Shown in pieces: positions 61,122 to 64,000 of a stretch of 64,000 nucleotides of DNA. Below the pieces are notes generated by a model. That model was not told the origin of the DNA and made no database searches. It saw nothing but the letters and a program-made list of their open reading frames with translations. Within the stretch, counting starts at the first letter, position 1; each line of letters opens with the position of its first letter. The position numbers were made by a program, and so were the translations under genes. Origin of the DNA: Salpingoeca rosetta (taxonomy: Eukaryota; Protista; Choanoflagellata); contig JAWQFM010000026.1 of NCBI GenBank assembly GCA_033442325.1, positions 290,249 to 354,248 of the forward strand. The letters are read 5' to 3'.

Positions 61122-61933
61122 CGTGTTGTGTGTTTGTGTGTTGTCGTGTGCGCAAGCGTGCTTGCACCGAGTATGTTGCACTGTGTGCGCTGTGAATGCA
61201 CTGTGTCTTGTATGAATGGCCATCTTGCCCTTGCATCTATGCGCTGTCACGCGGGTGTCACGAGTACCACACCATTATTGTACTACACAGCACAAGAAGC
61301 TGGAAACATGGATTGGGAACCGCGTGAAAGTTGAAGGGCGTGGCAATGGCACACTCGCGTACTGGGGACCCATCAAAGGCGCAAAGTGAGTCGTGCGAGG
61401 CTGTGGGTGAGGCCCGGTGTCACTGTCTTCATCTACTGCCGTTCTTTACTGTAAGCGTGAATATCACCACAACTCCAAACTCACTTTACTGCTGCTTACC
61501 CATTCCATTTGCCACCTCTGTGTCCAACTGTGGCCATCTCAGGACAAGCAAGCTGGCGGGCGTGTTCCTGGACAAACCCAACGTGAGGGGGCCCTTGATT
61601 GCAGTCATGTGCCGCTGCTGCCTGCTACTGATACGATGTTGTGCCTCCCACGTGACCCGTTTATCTTGCGTGACACACACACACACACGCACGTTTGCGT
61701 CCTTTCCTTCTCTTCTCTCTGACTTGATGGTTGCTACTGCCATTGACCTTGGCCCTTTGTCAAAATTGGGCTGTGTTATTTGTGCACTCTGTGATGTGAT
61801 GTGTGAGCACAGGGCCTCAATGATGGGGCTGTGAAGGGCGTGCGCTACTTCAAGTGCCCGCCGAGCCACGGCGTGTTTGTCTCCGCCGGTATGGTCAAGT
61901 TTCTCAAACCCAAGGTCGGTCGCATGTGCATGC

Positions 61934-61978
<45 letters not shown>

Positions 61979-64000
61979 TGTGCGAGTTCGTGTGTGTGTT
62001 TGTGTGCGAGTTCGTGTCCATCTGTGCGCGTTTGGTGGCGTGCACATGCGTGGATGTATGCACGCACCCGACCACACACCAGCTTACTGCCAATGTTGAA
62101 CCAAACGACTGCAATCGTGGGCACAGGGTGAGGATTCCGCCGCCAAGTCACCCGCCAAGAAGACAACGACGACAACCAAGGCTTCTCCACGGTGTGTATG
62201 TGTGTGTGTGTGTATGTGTGTATGTGTGTGTGTGTGCTTGCGTCTTTGTGACACTCACTTTGCGGCCAATTGTACGCGACAGGGCAAAGTCGGCAAGTGC
62301 CAAGAAGACCCCAACTTCGGCAACCAAGGTACAGGCACAATCACACGAAAAGCACGTCAGACACAGTGCACATGCTACCCACCACTCCCACGCTCGTTGC
62401 GCACTGCTCATTCGTGACTGGCATACACCTTGTCGCGTGCTTGCGTGCATCAGCGTGGCGCCTCCAGCAGCGCCCGTACGCCCGCGCGCAAGACATCGTC
62501 GGCAGCGGGCCGGGCTGCTTCCGCCCGCACACCAGCGGTGAGATCACATTGGCAGACAAGGAGAGGAGTGAGGAAGTACTCATGCGATTGGAAATTGCAT
62601 ATTCACTCGTGTACCCCCAAGTGCAATGCAGTCGCTCGTCTTTGCACGCTGTTCCTTCGACCTGCCTCCTCCTCCTAGTTCCACTCCTCACCTGCCTTTT
62701 ATTCCACCCCCACCCCCGACCCAACGCATTGCTCCTTCTTCTCTTTTCCCTCCACCTTACCACTACTCCCATTCCGTGCTCCAGGGCCGTGCGACGAGCG
62801 CTACAGGCAAGGGCCGCACCCCAACGCCCCGCGCTGCTTCTTCTGCTGCTGCTTCATCGGCTGCCAAGAAGCGGCAGCAGGGCGTGCCTGCAGGCAAACG
62901 CACGTCATCGGCTGCAGCGCGCCGCACGCCCGCCAAGTCCGCAGGTGCGGGCAAGCGTACAAGCAAAGGGCGCGCGAGCAAGGGTGGCGCGTCCCCTGCA
63001 AAGGCGACCAGTGCTGCGAAGAAGGTGAAGGAGCAGGAAGAGGAAGTGGTTGAGCAGCACGTGGTGGTCGTCTCCGATACCGTCGACATTGAGGTCATCG
63101 ATGTTCCAAAGACATCCAAGACGCCATCCGACCAGGGTACGTTCGTGTGCGTGTGTGTGTGTGTGTGTGTGCGTGTGTGCTGTGTGTGTGTGTGCTGTGT
63201 GTGTGTTGTATCTCAATATCATGGGCAATGGTTATTGGCCATGTTGCTTTCAATGCTGCCACTTTGAAATACTTGTGCAGCAGTACAAATTGAACACGCA
63301 GTTCCTCTGCACGCACATGCACATGAATACAATACCCATGCTCACATACACGCACACGCACACGCACGCGCACGACAAAACATCAGGCGACTTTGACGTT
63401 GAAGAACCGACGGACGAGGAATCGGACGAGACAGCGCCGCAGCAGGAGGAAGAGCAGGAGCATGAAGGCGAAGGCGAAGACGACGGTGGCGTGAAGGTGG
63501 AGGAGGTGACGCAGACGCGCACCACTGCGCGGGTCACCACGACCACGACAAAGAAGACGACCAAGTTGTCTGCTGCTGAGGAGGCCATGAGGAAGCGCCA
63601 GCAGCGCAAGAAGACGAAGCAGCAACAGCAGCAACAAGAAGAAGAGGAGGAGGAGGACAAGGAAGAACAGCCACAGGCTGTGTCACCAACAACGGGAAAA
63701 GAAGAGGAGCAAGCGGTGGAGGGTCGGGTGCTGCCGCCCACGAGCCCGAGCATGGCGCGCGCCAGCCAGGCCAACGCCAGCACGAAACCAATTCGCTTCC
63801 GCACAGCCATGCGCGCATCGTTCCGCCACGGCAAATCCGGTGGCGGTGATGGCGATGCTGCCGCCGCCCCCACGCCAAAGGCACCACCCTCCACCTCCTC
63901 ATCTGCTGCTGCTGCTGCCACACCAACGCGACAGAAAGTAGCGCGGAGTGCAAAGCCCGCGGCGCAGGTGAAGAAGACCGGCCCTGCCGTGAGCAGCAAG
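61068..64000 (+). CDS. CAP-Gly domain protein with basic Ser/Ala/Lys-rich and acidic low-complexity regions; continues off the right edge
   Basis: MSSAK|[32 protein letters not shown]|[13 protein letters not shown]|[23 protein letters not shown] is a CAP-Gly consensus. It is followed by a basic tract (62785-63137) and an open frame from 63387 to the end. Confidence 0.85.

Overview
Intron-rich, microsatellite-laden eukaryotic DNA. The style (GC-rich exons, short introns full of (GT)n/(CA)n) and the holozoan gene content suggest a choanoflagellate such as Salpingoeca rosetta; this is an inference. Most of the supplied ORFs are artefacts of the repeats. I reconstructed about 11 genes plus a partial one at the left edge, nearly all spliced. 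In order: a SABATH-type SAM methyltransferase (-); a kinase-less single-pass receptor with Cys-rich repeats, about 8 DUF5011/HYR-like Ig repeats and a Tyr-motif tail (+); a retinoblastoma/pocket protein (-) head-to-head with Rho kinase ROCK (+) across an E2F/CHR-rich promoter; NBAS/Sec39 (+); a CaaX-ending Rab (-) head-to-head with Beclin-1/Atg6 (+); an intronless GUCD1 (-); a coiled-coil tandem-PH protein (-); a complete 8-exon heliorhodopsin with unusual intramembrane polar/charged substitutions (-); and a CAP-Gly protein running off the right end (+). Highlights are the atypical heliorhodopsin, a strand-aware (UG)n...(CA)n polarity in introns suggesting structure-assisted splicing, candidate DREAM/E2F autoregulation of the RB gene, and two ROCK kinase exons displaced into an RB intron beside an N-gap (probably misassembly).
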